Source of the DNA: a virus
IMG/VR virus record: IMGVR_UViG_3300036770_005052
Location: 1-64,000 of that record
Reading direction: 5' to 3' (one strand)
Length of the DNA stretch: 64,000 nucleotides
The notes under the pieces were generated by a model, which did not search any database, was not told the DNA's origin, and saw only the letters and a list, made by a program, of their open reading frames with translations. Made by a program: the position numbers and the translations under genes. Shown here in pieces: positions 1-7,766 of this stretch (the first letter of the stretch is position 1; every line of letters starts with the position of its first letter).

Positions 1-1
1 A

Positions 2-217
2 TATAAAGGTGGTAAAGCTGTTTATAAAGCAGGACCAAGTGCTCAATCACTTGCTAAGACTTCTTCTAATCCATTAGAAAGAATTGGAAGATCTTTATTT
101 GCTGGTGCATATAAGAAATCTGACGCTACGAATGCAGCTAAGAACCTTGCTAAGGCAAGACAATCTGATGTTGCTCGCAATAAGGCACTTGGTGTAAAGT
201 TCAAACCAGGTGGTTGA
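2..217 (+). CDS. 3' end of a Lys/Ala-rich hypothetical protein (partial)
   Basis: Open frame from the window edge (YKGGKAVYKAG...VKFKPGG) to TGA at 215-217. Confidence 0.6.
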   Translation, partial: YKGGKAVYKAGPSAQSLAKTSSNPLERIGRSLFAGAYKKSDATNAAKNLAKARQSDVARNKALGVKFKPGG

Positions 218-221
218 TTTT

Positions 222-229
222 TATAAATA
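222..229 (+). promoter_or_regulatory. T4-type late promoter TATAAATA
   Basis: Exact consensus upstream of ORF 258; further exact copies at 6565, 9366, 11727 and 30335. Confidence 0.75.
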
Positions 230-257
230 CCTTATATAAGGTATTTAATTATAACAA

Positions 258-1808
258 ATGTCAAAAATTACACAAGAGTTTATTAATAATCTTGGTTCTT
301 TGTATGAAAATATTCATTCAAAGGATCAAGATTTTTTAAATGAAGAATCTGAATATTATGATAAAGAATCATATGAATTGGCTGAAGACATGATTCTTTC
401 TATAGCACTGTCAATGTTTTCTGAGGGATATACTGTAGAAACCTTCATTAAATTTTTAGCATATGCTGATGAAGAAGTTATTTTAGAAAAATATTTAAAT
501 TCGGATATAAGTTTTATTTCAGAAGAAGCAGTTTATACAAGTTTCGTTGAAGAGCAATTTGAACTTCTTGAAGCTGGTGGAATTTTAGGTCTTCTTGCAA
601 GAGGAGCTGGTGCTATTGCCAAGGGTGCTCGTGCTGGAGCATCAGTAGCTAAAGCAACTGCAAAGGCATCAAAAGGTGCGGTCAAAACAGGAATTGAAAA
701 AGCCGCAACTATTGGAGTTGAAAAGAGAGTTGGAAAGCAACTTGCAAGAAGCACTGACTTATCTAGAACTCAGAAAGCACTTGAAAAAGTAGCAAGAAAT
801 AAAGCCACAAAGGCTGGAGTAACTGCTCCACAGGGCGCATTAAATCCAAGACAATCCACTGACTTAATTAAGCAGGCAAGAGTTGCCCAAGCAACAAAAG
901 GCGTAAAAGATACTGCTAAACTTGCTTTAGCAGGTGGTGTTGGAGTTCTTGGTGGTTATGGTGGTGCAAAATTAGCAGGATCAGGTTCCGGAACTCAAGG
1001 AGCACCAAAAACATCACCTTCTGAAGCACCTTCACTTAAGGCAAAACAAGATTATGCCACATCAAAGGGGAAATATTATTCATCTTCTGATGGAAAAACT
1101 TATGCAAATTATAATGATGCATTGGCTGCTAGAAATTCTCGCCGTGGTACGCCTGGATTAGCTCCAGGTAGGGCTCCATCCAGCCCTACAACTCCAGGTG
1201 GAACAGCATCTACATCTAAACCTACACCATCTGCATCAGCAAAACCAAAAGATAAAAAATGGACCTTCCAAGGTAAGCAAGTAACTGATACCGAGGTAAA
1301 TAAAAAATATGACGAGTTGAGGAAAAAAGATCCTGAAGCAGCTGCAGATTATGGTAGAAATGTATGGTCTCAAAAATATGGACAACCAACTCAAGGACCT
1401 TCAGGTGCCAAAATTGATCCTAAACAAGTAGAAGATTCTATCAAAGCTGAGCAGGAAAAGATGAAGAAAAAGGCACAAGAAACCAAATCATCTACAACTT
1501 CAGAATCATATGATGCATATGACTTAGTTCTTGAGTATTTAATTGACACTAAACAAGTAGAAACTATCGAAGAAGCTCATTATGTAATGCTTGAAATGGA
1601 TTCGAGTGCTATTGGAAGTATTATTGAAGCAAAATATGGAACAGAAAAAGGTCGTAAAAAACTTGCTAAAAAAGTTCGTGCTGGAAAAGATGTTGGAGAA
1701 AAAGGATCTGGATTTGAAGATATAGTAAAAAAAGAATCTCCAAAATATGGAAAGAAAAGAGCAACTAAAATTGCAGCAGCTGCAATGTGGAAAAATCTTG
1801 GTAAATGA
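258..1808 (+). CDS. Hypothetical virion-associated protein (acidic N-terminus, Ala/Lys/Gly-rich middle)
   Basis: 516-aa ORF behind a late promoter; ESYDAYDLVLEYL...TIEEA motif typical of cyanomyovirus late proteins. Confidence 0.6.
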   Translation: MSKITQEFINNLGSLYENIHSKDQDFLNEESEYYDKESYELAEDMILSIALSMFSEGYTVETFIKFLAYADEEVILEKYLNSDISFISEEAVYTSFVEEQFELLEAGGILGLLARGAGAIAKGARAGASVAKATAKASKGAVKTGIEKAATIGVEKRVGKQLARSTDLSRTQKALEKVARNKATKAGVTAPQGALNPRQSTDLIKQARVAQATKGVKDTAKLALAGGVGVLGGYGGAKLAGSGSGTQGAPKTSPSEAPSLKAKQDYATSKGKYYSSSDGKTYANYNDALAARNSRRGTPGLAPGRAPSSPTTPGGTASTSKPTPSASAKPKDKKWTFQGKQVTDTEVNKKYDELRKKDPEAAADYGRNVWSQKYGQPTQGPSGAKIDPKQVEDSIKAEQEKMKKKAQETKSSTTSESYDAYDLVLEYLIDTKQVETIEEAHYVMLEMDSSAIGSIIEAKYGTEKGRKKLAKKVRAGKDVGEKGSGFEDIVKKESPKYGKKRATKIAAAAMWKNLGK

Positions 1809-2153
1809 CTAAATTCGAGTAACTGATTTTTTAACAAAAACTTTCCCTTCACTAACTTTAATTATACTATTATCAGTTGAGTTTTTTAAAAAGAAATCAT
1901 AAACATAATTCCCTGGCTTTAAATTTTCAGTTATTGATGAAGCCAGGGATATTTTCACTTGACCTAATAATCTATTTGTAAAGTTTACACTAAACGAAGT
2001 CTTTGTTAAGGATAGTTCATTAGTTTTCATTTCTGCGCAACCATTATAATTTGTTAAATCTAGAGGATTTAGATCATTTGCATTTTCTATATTAAATGTT
2101 TGCTCAAAATCAGTTCCAGTATGTATGGTTATGTTATTTACAAATATTGCCAT
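1809..2153 (-). CDS. Small beta-sandwich virion/fibre adaptor-like protein
   Basis: 114 aa, GTDFEQTF...LKPGNYVYD...EGKVFV; paralogue of 2184-2528. Confidence 0.6.
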   Translation of the reverse strand: MAIFVNNITIHTGTDFEQTFNIENANDLNPLDLTNYNGCAEMKTNELSLTKTSFSVNFTNRLLGQVKISLASSITENLKPGNYVYDFFLKNSTDNSIIKVSEGKVFVKKSVTRI

Positions 2154-2183
2154 TGATTATTCCTATAATAAAATATTTATTTT

Positions 2184-2528
2184 CTAAAAACATCCAGTAG
2201 ATATTCCAGATCTTATATTTACGGTTCCTTCTATTACGATAGATTTTGTATTGTAAGAATCTATTAATAGCACATCATAAACATGTCTTCCCGATTTTAA
2301 TGAACTAGTTATTTCACTCGTCATTGATAATTGAATTCTACCATTTGTCCTATCAATGAATGAAAGGTGAAATGGAGTATATGATGAACTTGATGGGCTT
2401 TTTCTTAAATGTGATGTTCCAGAATAACCTACTAAACTTTTTGGATCATTATTATTTGATAAATTAAAAGTTTGTGAAAAATCAACTCCCTTATCTATTA
2501 TTAAATTGCTTACGTATATTGAAGCCAT
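2184..2528 (-). CDS. Small beta-sandwich virion/fibre adaptor-like protein
   Basis: 114 aa, GVDFSQTF...LKSGRHVYD...EGTVNI; tandem paralogue. Confidence 0.6.
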   Translation of the reverse strand: MASIYVSNLIIDKGVDFSQTFNLSNNNDPKSLVGYSGTSHLRKSPSSSSYTPFHLSFIDRTNGRIQLSMTSEITSSLKSGRHVYDVLLIDSYNTKSIVIEGTVNIRSGISTGCF

Positions 2529-2643
2529 TATTATACTGCTTTATTAGATATTTATCAATAGCCCTTGACAAACACTCAAATTATAAGTAGAATCGCTTTG
2601 CTAAGGTTAAAGGATAAATAATAGCTCATAAAGATCTTATAAT

Positions 2644-3093
2644 ATGAGTTATGAAAACCCTTGGAGATTCAATGGGGAAATTTTTGAGTCTTCCGATATT
2701 CAAGATTATTTTGGTTTTGTATATCTAATATCTTGCCCTAAGACTCATCGCAAGTATTGGGGTAGAAAGTACTTTTGGTCTTTTCGAACTCCTCCTGGAA
2801 AGAAAAGAAAAGTTAGACAAGAATCTGATTGGAAGAGGTATTACGGATCTTGTCCTGAATTGAAACAAGACATAAAACAGTATGGTAAAGAGTTTTTTAA
2901 TAGGGAAATTATAAGTCTTCACAAAACAAAAGCGGATTGTAACTATGAAGAGACAAAACAGCTCTTTCTAAATAATGTGTTGAAGGAATCACTTGACGAT
3001 GGAACACCGGCGTTCTATAATAGCAATATTCTTGGGCGCTATTTGAGAAAAGACTATGGTAACTTTAGAAGAGACTCTTCAAACAACTCATGA
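2644..3093 (+). CDS. GIY-YIG-like nuclease
   Basis: GFVYLI...KYWGRK variant of the GIY-YIG motif, YYGS, conserved Glu and Asn. Confidence 0.65.
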   Translation: MSYENPWRFNGEIFESSDIQDYFGFVYLISCPKTHRKYWGRKYFWSFRTPPGKKRKVRQESDWKRYYGSCPELKQDIKQYGKEFFNREIISLHKTKADCNYEETKQLFLNNVLKESLDDGTPAFYNSNILGRYLRKDYGNFRRDSSNNS

Positions 3094-3235
3094 TTGGGCA
3101 ATTGATCGCATTCATTTTCTCAGTGAAAAAAAAGATTATGAGGATGCTCATGCGATTCAATCTGAATTTAGTGAATGGTTGAATCCAGATATTCCAGAGC
3201 ATGATGTTTTTTCACTACAGTGTATAGGAGAATAA
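3056..3235 (+). CDS. Hypothetical protein (59 aa)
   Basis: MVTLEETLQTTHDWAIDRIH...CIGE; overlaps the upstream gene and ends 1 nt before the next ATG. Confidence 0.65.
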   Translation: MVTLEETLQTTHDWAIDRIHFLSEKKDYEDAHAIQSEFSEWLNPDIPEHDVFSLQCIGE

Positions 3236-3236
3236 A

Positions 3237-3941
3237 ATGCAAATTGATCTTCATAACTTTTTTAAACATTTTGATGAGAAGAATCCAAAACACATTGCAG
3301 CAGTAGAGCAATTTGAGAAGGATCTTCTTGCAAAAGCATCAGACTTAATGGAAGATGATGCTAATTGGGTAAGAATTTTTAGAACAAAAATAGAAGCACC
3401 AAAAACTCCAGGAACTCTTCAAGTTCCATTTTTTCCACAGACAGATAATTACAGAGATGCCGATCGAACCTGTAATTCATCTGCCTGTGCAATGTGTCTT
3501 GAGTACTTTAAACCAGGAACACTTGTAGGATCAAAGGGCGATGATGCATACGTTCGCAAAGTATTCGCAGTTGGCGATACAACTGATCACACCGTACAGA
3601 CAAAAGTTCTTACGTCTTATGGTATTTCTTCACGATTTAGTTACAATTTGTCTTTTGCTGATCTTGATCGGGAGCTTGCCGCTGGCAGACCTGTTGTTAT
3701 CGGTATTCTTCATAGGGGTTCTTTATCTGCACCTACTGGTGGGCATATGCTTGTAGTAATCGGCAAGACACCCTCTGGCGATTATGTTGTGAATGACCCT
3801 TATGGTAGTTTGAATGATGGTTATACTGGACCTGTAACTAACGGTAGAGGTGCTGTATATAAGAAATCAGATCTTTCTAGACGCTGGTGCCCTGCGGGAA
3901 ATGATGGATGGGGGAGAGTATTTGATGCAAAAAAGTCGTGA
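3237..3941 (+). CDS. Peptidase C39-like (papain-fold) cell-wall protein
   Basis: VPFFPQTDN..C(NSSA), GGH(MLV) and VNDPYG catalytic motifs. Confidence 0.85.
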   Translation: MQIDLHNFFKHFDEKNPKHIAAVEQFEKDLLAKASDLMEDDANWVRIFRTKIEAPKTPGTLQVPFFPQTDNYRDADRTCNSSACAMCLEYFKPGTLVGSKGDDAYVRKVFAVGDTTDHTVQTKVLTSYGISSRFSYNLSFADLDRELAAGRPVVIGILHRGSLSAPTGGHMLVVIGKTPSGDYVVNDPYGSLNDGYTGPVTNGRGAVYKKSDLSRRWCPAGNDGWGRVFDAKKS

Positions 3942-4402
3942 AGATTCCAAATTCTGGAATCAGGTTAATTAAAGAATTTGAAGGTTGCCATCTAAAGGCA
4001 TATCCAGATCCTTTAACTGGAGGGCTTCCAATTACAATTGGGTGGGGAAGCACAAGAGACTTTGACTATACTCCATTTAAGAGAGATCGAGTCATTGCGC
4101 AAGAATACGCTGACCGTCTTTTAGAACACGATATATTGAATCGTTTTCTCCCCAAATTATCCAAGATTCCTTATTGGAGTGAAATGAATGAAAGACAACA
4201 AGGAGCATTGCTTTCTTTTTCTTATAATCTTGGTGCTGATTTTTTTAACTCTCCTGGATTCAATACGATTACCAAAAAGTTAAGAGAAAAAGACTGGAAA
4301 GCAATTCCTGCAACTCTTGAAATGTATCGCAATCCTGGTAGTAAGGTAGAGGCAGGACTTTTACGTAGAAGAAAGGCAGAAGGAAAACTCTGGGTTTCTT
4401 AA
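3938..4402 (+). CDS. GH24 phage lysozyme (endolysin domain)
   Basis: IKEFEG, AYPDP..TIGWG, ALLSFSYNLG, GLLRRRKAE. Confidence 0.9.
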   Translation: MKIPNSGIRLIKEFEGCHLKAYPDPLTGGLPITIGWGSTRDFDYTPFKRDRVIAQEYADRLLEHDILNRFLPKLSKIPYWSEMNERQQGALLSFSYNLGADFFNSPGFNTITKKLREKDWKAIPATLEMYRNPGSKVEAGLLRRRKAEGKLWVS

Positions 4403-4662
4403 TCTTCTATTTTAGTTCTTAGAGCAATTACAGTTGTTAAAATTGCCAATAAAGTTTCATATCCTCTTCTCTCAGATTCCTTACAATCTAGGGGAGGAGG
4501 ATTTTTCAATCCACCTAATACATTTGCACTAATGATAGATCCTGGAATCATAAAGTTGCAAGCAATAAAATTCAATCCAACAAAACCAACTGCTGATATA
4601 CAGACAATAAAGATGAGTTTGCTTAGATTGATTTTCATCTTCCTTCTTGTTGGTGAATCCAA
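4399..4662 (-). CDS. Small membrane protein
   Basis: Hydrophobic N-terminal and C-terminal segments; convergent with the lysozyme gene. Confidence 0.55.
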   Translation of the reverse strand: MDSPTRRKMKINLSKLIFIVCISAVGFVGLNFIACNFMIPGSIISANVLGGLKNPPPLDCKESERRGYETLLAILTTVIALRTKIED

Positions 4663-4826
4663 ACTTTTAAATCTTTCACATACTTTCTTAATATTTCTGC
4701 TTGTGATAAGTGCCAGTCATCTCCTGTTTTAACGTATGTCTTGATGTGCTCGTCAATTGCATCAAGACATTTTTTAATCACAGGATTCCAAGGTTCTCTA
4801 ATTGGAGTGTTCCACTCACGTGACAT
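4635..4826 (-). CDS. Hypothetical cyanophage protein (63 aa)
   Basis: MSREWNTPIREPWNP...; upstream AT-rich promoter region. Confidence 0.6.
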   Translation of the reverse strand: MSREWNTPIREPWNPVIKKCLDAIDEHIKTYVKTGDDWHLSQAEILRKYVKDLKVWIHQQEGR

Positions 4827-4853
4827 TGGAGAAAATGCTGACTCTGTATTTAT

Positions 4854-4906
4854 GTGCCATTTTACAAACTGTCATACTTGACAAACACTAAATATTAACT
4901 TATTAT
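4854..4906 (+). promoter_or_regulatory. Sigma70-like promoter preceded by an imperfect GTGNCA..TGNCA palindrome
   Basis: TTGACA(4878)-17 nt-TATTAT(4901); similar palindromes at 6763 and 14077. Confidence 0.65.
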
Positions 4907-4911
4907 GAAGA

Positions 4912-5030
4912 AATCCCTGTTATGAGCAGGGTATTCATTATGAGTCCTTGACCGTGACAATTAGAGCCGTGGAAGGTGCCTTTTGAGAAAGAGGTGGACC
5001 CCCCTTCTATACGGATGTAGAGTTCAATTA
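4912..5030 (+). ncRNA. Structured 5' leader RNA (candidate cis-regulatory element)
   Basis: Hairpin CCCUGU/GCAGGG; stem CCGU-GGAAGG/CCUUCU-ACGG enclosing the hairpin GCCUUUU-GAGA-AAGAGGU. Confidence 0.5.
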
Positions 5031-5036
5031 ATTTAA

Positions 5037-5678
5037 ATGCAAAGTATCTTTACAGTAACCCTGCCTCTTTTGGCAACGGTTACAACCAGTACGGCATCAC
5101 TGCCTTCAGTGTTTCCTCCTCCACCTGTGAGTGGTCCTCCACCGTTTTCTATCATTCAAGAGGAGCCTACATCAAAGACAGCAATCCGCGAGGTTGCTCC
5201 CGAAAAACCTAAAGAGACAAGGTTAATTTGTAAAGGGTGTAATGAACATGAGAATGCTACCCTGGCGTTTTTCCAGGATCGTGGTATTAAAGACAGAAAC
5301 GCCCTCGCTACCATCATGGGCAATATTCGTCAGGAATCTACTTTTATTCCTAACATTTGTGAAGGTGGTAGCAGAACCAGTTGGCGTAATTGCAGTGGCG
5401 GTTACGGACTGATTCAATGGACATCTGCCAACCGTTATTATGGATTGGGTGATTTTGCTAGGAAGTTTGGTGGTTCGCCATCATCACTTCACACGCAACT
5501 TCGTTATCTTACGAATGAAGTCCAATGGAAAGAGATTGAAGACCGAATGAAAATTCCCGGTAAGTCTATCAATCGTTATATGGACTATGCGTATAGTTGG
5601 ATTGGATGGGGGCATCATGGTGCTCGTACATCTTATGCTTATGATTATGCATCCCGTCTGATCAAGGTAGAAGTTTAA
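5037..5678 (+). CDS. Secreted phage-tail-lysozyme-like cell wall hydrolase
   Basis: Signal peptide, Pro-rich linker, ALATIMGNIRQES and GYGLIQWT motifs. Confidence 0.8.
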   Translation: MQSIFTVTLPLLATVTTSTASLPSVFPPPPVSGPPPFSIIQEEPTSKTAIREVAPEKPKETRLICKGCNEHENATLAFFQDRGIKDRNALATIMGNIRQESTFIPNICEGGSRTSWRNCSGGYGLIQWTSANRYYGLGDFARKFGGSPSSLHTQLRYLTNEVQWKEIEDRMKIPGKSINRYMDYAYSWIGWGHHGARTSYAYDYASRLIKVEV

Positions 5679-5750
5679 TCTATTGGAATAATGGGGAAAA
5701 TTCTTCCCCTTTTCTTGTATACATATAAAAGTATATTTACTGAAAACATC

Positions 5751-5948
5751 ATGTCAAACACAGTACAACAAATCACCGATGCCGTATCTGCTTGGCAAAC
5801 TGAAGATGAAAAGTTTGTAAGTGGAAATAGTGCAGCTGGTACAAGAGCACGTAAGGCACTTCAAGAAATTGCTAAACTTGTGAAAGCACGTAGAGCTGAA
5901 ATTTCCGAGGAAAAAAATGTTCGAAAAGCCAATAAAGAATCTGAATGA
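5751..5948 (+). CDS. Histone H1-like (Hc1-type) DNA-binding protein
   Basis: GNSAAGTRARKALQEIAKL motif; basic C-terminus. Confidence 0.7.
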   Translation: MSNTVQQITDAVSAWQTEDEKFVSGNSAAGTRARKALQEIAKLVKARRAEISEEKNVRKANKESE

Positions 5949-5980
5949 TAAGTATAGGGGAATTGCTTTCCCCTCTTTTT

Positions 5981-6385
5981 ATGATTAATTTCAATTTTGG
6001 TAAAAAGAAACCAGATAAAAAGCAACTTATAATACTCAGTGTTTTATTATCAACTCTTATTGCAACTCTCTCACAATGTACAGGAGTATCTGAAAATGGA
6101 CTTTGGGACTTATTGGACGAGATTCAAAGAAAGTATTTCCCACAAACTATTCTTAATGAGATTTTTATTCAAGATCCTGACAAAGTAGATCGTCGAATAA
6201 AACGTGATGTAGATCGAGCACTTGATGAAGCGATTCCAGAATATAATCGCTTCATTGAGGAAGCAGATAAACGTTATAAACCACGATACTCTGAAAAGCC
6301 ACCAGATGGCAGTGAGGCACAAAGACTGCTTGGTGGAGAAATGAGAATCTGTGCAGTATGGGTTGACGACTGCCCCAAGGAGTAG
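5981..6385 (+). CDS. Hypothetical membrane-anchored protein
   Basis: Basic N-terminus followed by a hydrophobic helix. Confidence 0.6.
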   Translation: MINFNFGKKKPDKKQLIILSVLLSTLIATLSQCTGVSENGLWDLLDEIQRKYFPQTILNEIFIQDPDKVDRRIKRDVDRALDEAIPEYNRFIEEADKRYKPRYSEKPPDGSEAQRLLGGEMRICAVWVDDCPKE

Positions 6386-6410
6386 TATAATATGAGGGTT
6401 GAGAGATCAA

Positions 6411-6462
6411 CTGCGACATTCCCCTTCAGTAGGTTCAGGAATGGCGGCGATAGGAACCTACT
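6411..6462 (+). ncRNA. H-type pseudoknot RNA ahead of tRNA-Arg
   Basis: Stem CUGC..CAUUCC/GGAAUG-GCGG; loop AGUAGGUUC pairs with downstream GAACCUACU; promoter TTGACG(6363)-17-TATAAT(6386). Confidence 0.55.
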
Positions 6463-6466
6463 TTAT

Positions 6467-6540
6467 GCCTCAGTAACTCAGTGGACTAGAGTATCCGCCT
6501 TCTAAGCGGTTAGCCGTTGGTTCGAATCCAACCTGAGGCG
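6467..6540 (+). tRNA. tRNA-Arg(TCT)
   Basis: Cloverleaf; anticodon loop CT-TCT-AA; TTCGAAT T-loop. Confidence 0.93.
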
Positions 6541-6593
6541 CTTGACTTTTTGAGAAAAAAGTCTTATAAATAAAAACACTTAGGTCGAAAACA

Positions 6594-6695
6594 ATGTCTT
6601 ACCCAATGCCCACAAAACAGTTTAGTATTCTCGATTGCCGCTATTGGCATATTGAGGGTGCTCCCCTGTTTGCGGATATGGATAGACATATGTAA
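6594..6695 (+). CDS. 33-aa peptide with its own promoter and terminator
   Basis: MSYPMPTKQFSILDCRYWHIEGAPLFADMDRHM; TATAAATA at 6565; terminator downstream. Confidence 0.5.
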   Translation: MSYPMPTKQFSILDCRYWHIEGAPLFADMDRHM

Positions 6696-6716
6696 GATAT
6701 GTAATTCATAAAAGCA

Positions 6717-6755
6717 AAGAGGGGAGAGAAACCAAAAAGTTTCCTCCCCTTTTTT
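6717..6755 (+). terminator. Intrinsic terminator
   Basis: AGGGGAG..GAAAC/GTTTC-CTCCCCT stem followed by a T run. Confidence 0.7.
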
Positions 6756-6881
6756 GTTGCTTGTGACAGTTTCCTAAGTGTCCACCAATCTCCCCCCAGA
6801 GACCAAACGGTGGTATTCTAATCAAGTGGTCGAGAGAGACCACACCGAACCTAGACAACCGAATATTTATCCATATTATGT

Positions 6882-6953
6882 GGGACATTAACTCAGCGGT
6901 AGAGTATCCGGCTTTTAACCGGTTAGTCCTCGGTTCGAATCCGAGATGTCCCA
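6882..6953 (+). tRNA. tRNA-Lys(TTT)
   Basis: Cloverleaf; CT-TTT-AA loop. Confidence 0.92.
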
Positions 6954-6957
6954 TCGT

Positions 6958-7048
6958 GGGAGAGTGCCTACTGTCGGCAATACGTGTAGGAGCGGTCTGT
7001 AAAACCGTCACATAGGAACCATCGGGGGTTCGATTCCCTCCTCTCTCA
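6958..7048 (+). tRNA. tRNA-Tyr(GTA) with enlarged D-arm
   Basis: GGGAGAG/CTCTCTC acceptor; GCGGT-CTGTAAA-ACCGT arm; long variable region. Confidence 0.8.
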
Positions 7049-7094
7049 CTGCATGATCTGCCCAATGATACCATTGGTAGTGGATTGTGCTCTT

Positions 7095-7167
7095 GACCCT
7101 ATAGTGAAGTGGTCTATCACGCCTACCTGTCTAGTAGGAATCTGGGATTCGAATTCCCATAGGGTCG
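7095..7167 (+). tRNA. tRNA-Asp(GTC)
   Basis: Cloverleaf; CCTAC-CTGTCTA-GTAGG. Confidence 0.88.
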
Positions 7168-7168
7168 T

Positions 7169-7343
7169 TGGAGATCATCAGTACGAATCTCCACGCATTC
7201 TTCAGAGGTTGCCAGTTTGCAGAAGAATGTCGTAGTAATAACTGGAATTGGGGAGGGATTCCTAACCACCATCGGATGATGGCAGGATTCATAAGGCTAC
7301 GAAGCGTAATCCGTAAGTAACTTCGTGTGGGATACCCCTCTCA
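7169..7343 (+). ncRNA. Non-tRNA structured RNA(s) with predicted pseudoknots
   Basis: Hairpin 7169-7193; stem GCAUUCUUC/GAAGAAUGU with CCAGUU/AACUGG pairing; closed multibranch 7250-7343. Confidence 0.5.
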
Positions 7344-7346
7344 TCT

Positions 7347-7421
7347 GGTCCTATCGTCTAGTGGTGAGGACATCACTCTTTCACAGTGAAGACACGGGTT
7401 CAAATCCCGTTAGGACTACCA
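7347..7421 (+). tRNA. tRNA-Glu(TTC)
   Basis: Cloverleaf; encoded CCA. Confidence 0.93.
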
Positions 7422-7422
7422 T

Positions 7423-7494
7423 CCAGGAGTAAGTCAGCGGTAGACGGCACCGTTTGGGGCGGTGAAGACGTTGGTTCAAATCCAACCTTCTGGA
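7423..7494 (+). tRNA. tRNA-Pro(TGG)
   Basis: CACCG-TTTGGGG-CGGTG anticodon arm. Confidence 0.9.
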
Positions 7495-7497
7495 CTT

Positions 7498-7571
7498 GGG
7501 AACATAGCTCCAATTGGTAGAGCACATGATTGAAGATCATGGTGTTATCGGTTCAAATCCGATTGTTCCCT
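7498..7571 (+). tRNA. tRNA-Phe(GAA)
   Basis: CATGA-TTGAAGA-TCATG. Confidence 0.92.
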
Positions 7572-7586
7572 CTTGACCTTATGGTC

Positions 7587-7686
7587 ACGGAGATTCACTT
7601 CCTCCGTTATGAAACTTCGGTTGGTTAGTGATAGGTTTTTCAGTCCGAAAACTGAAACTGGTAGGTTGTTGATATCGACTCCTACC
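7587..7686 (+). ncRNA. Non-tRNA structured RNA, three hairpins with two possible pseudoknot pairings
   Basis: ACGGAG/CUCCGU, UUUCAGU/ACUGAAA and GGUAGG/CCUACC stems; UCACU/AGUGA and UUCGG/CCGAA cross-pairings. Confidence 0.45.
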
Positions 7687-7691
7687 TTGAT

Positions 7692-7763
7692 GGAATCGTA
7701 GCTCAGTGGTAGAGCACACCCCTGATAAGGGTGCGGTCACAAGTTCAAATCTTGTCGGTTCCA
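7692..7763 (+). tRNA. tRNA-Ile(GAT)
   Basis: CACCC-CTGATAA-GGGTG. Confidence 0.93.
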
Positions 7764-7766
7764 CTT

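Noticed and set aside
4399-4662. Holin call for the membrane protein next to the lysozyme
   Set aside because: It is on the opposite strand and has no holin-specific features, so only 'membrane protein' is supportable.
7168-7690. tRNA-associated HDV-like (theta), hammerhead or pistol ribozymes in the spacers
   Set aside because: I could not thread the required nested double-pseudoknot order or the CUGANGA/GAAA cores by eye. The elements are kept only as unassigned structured RNAs.
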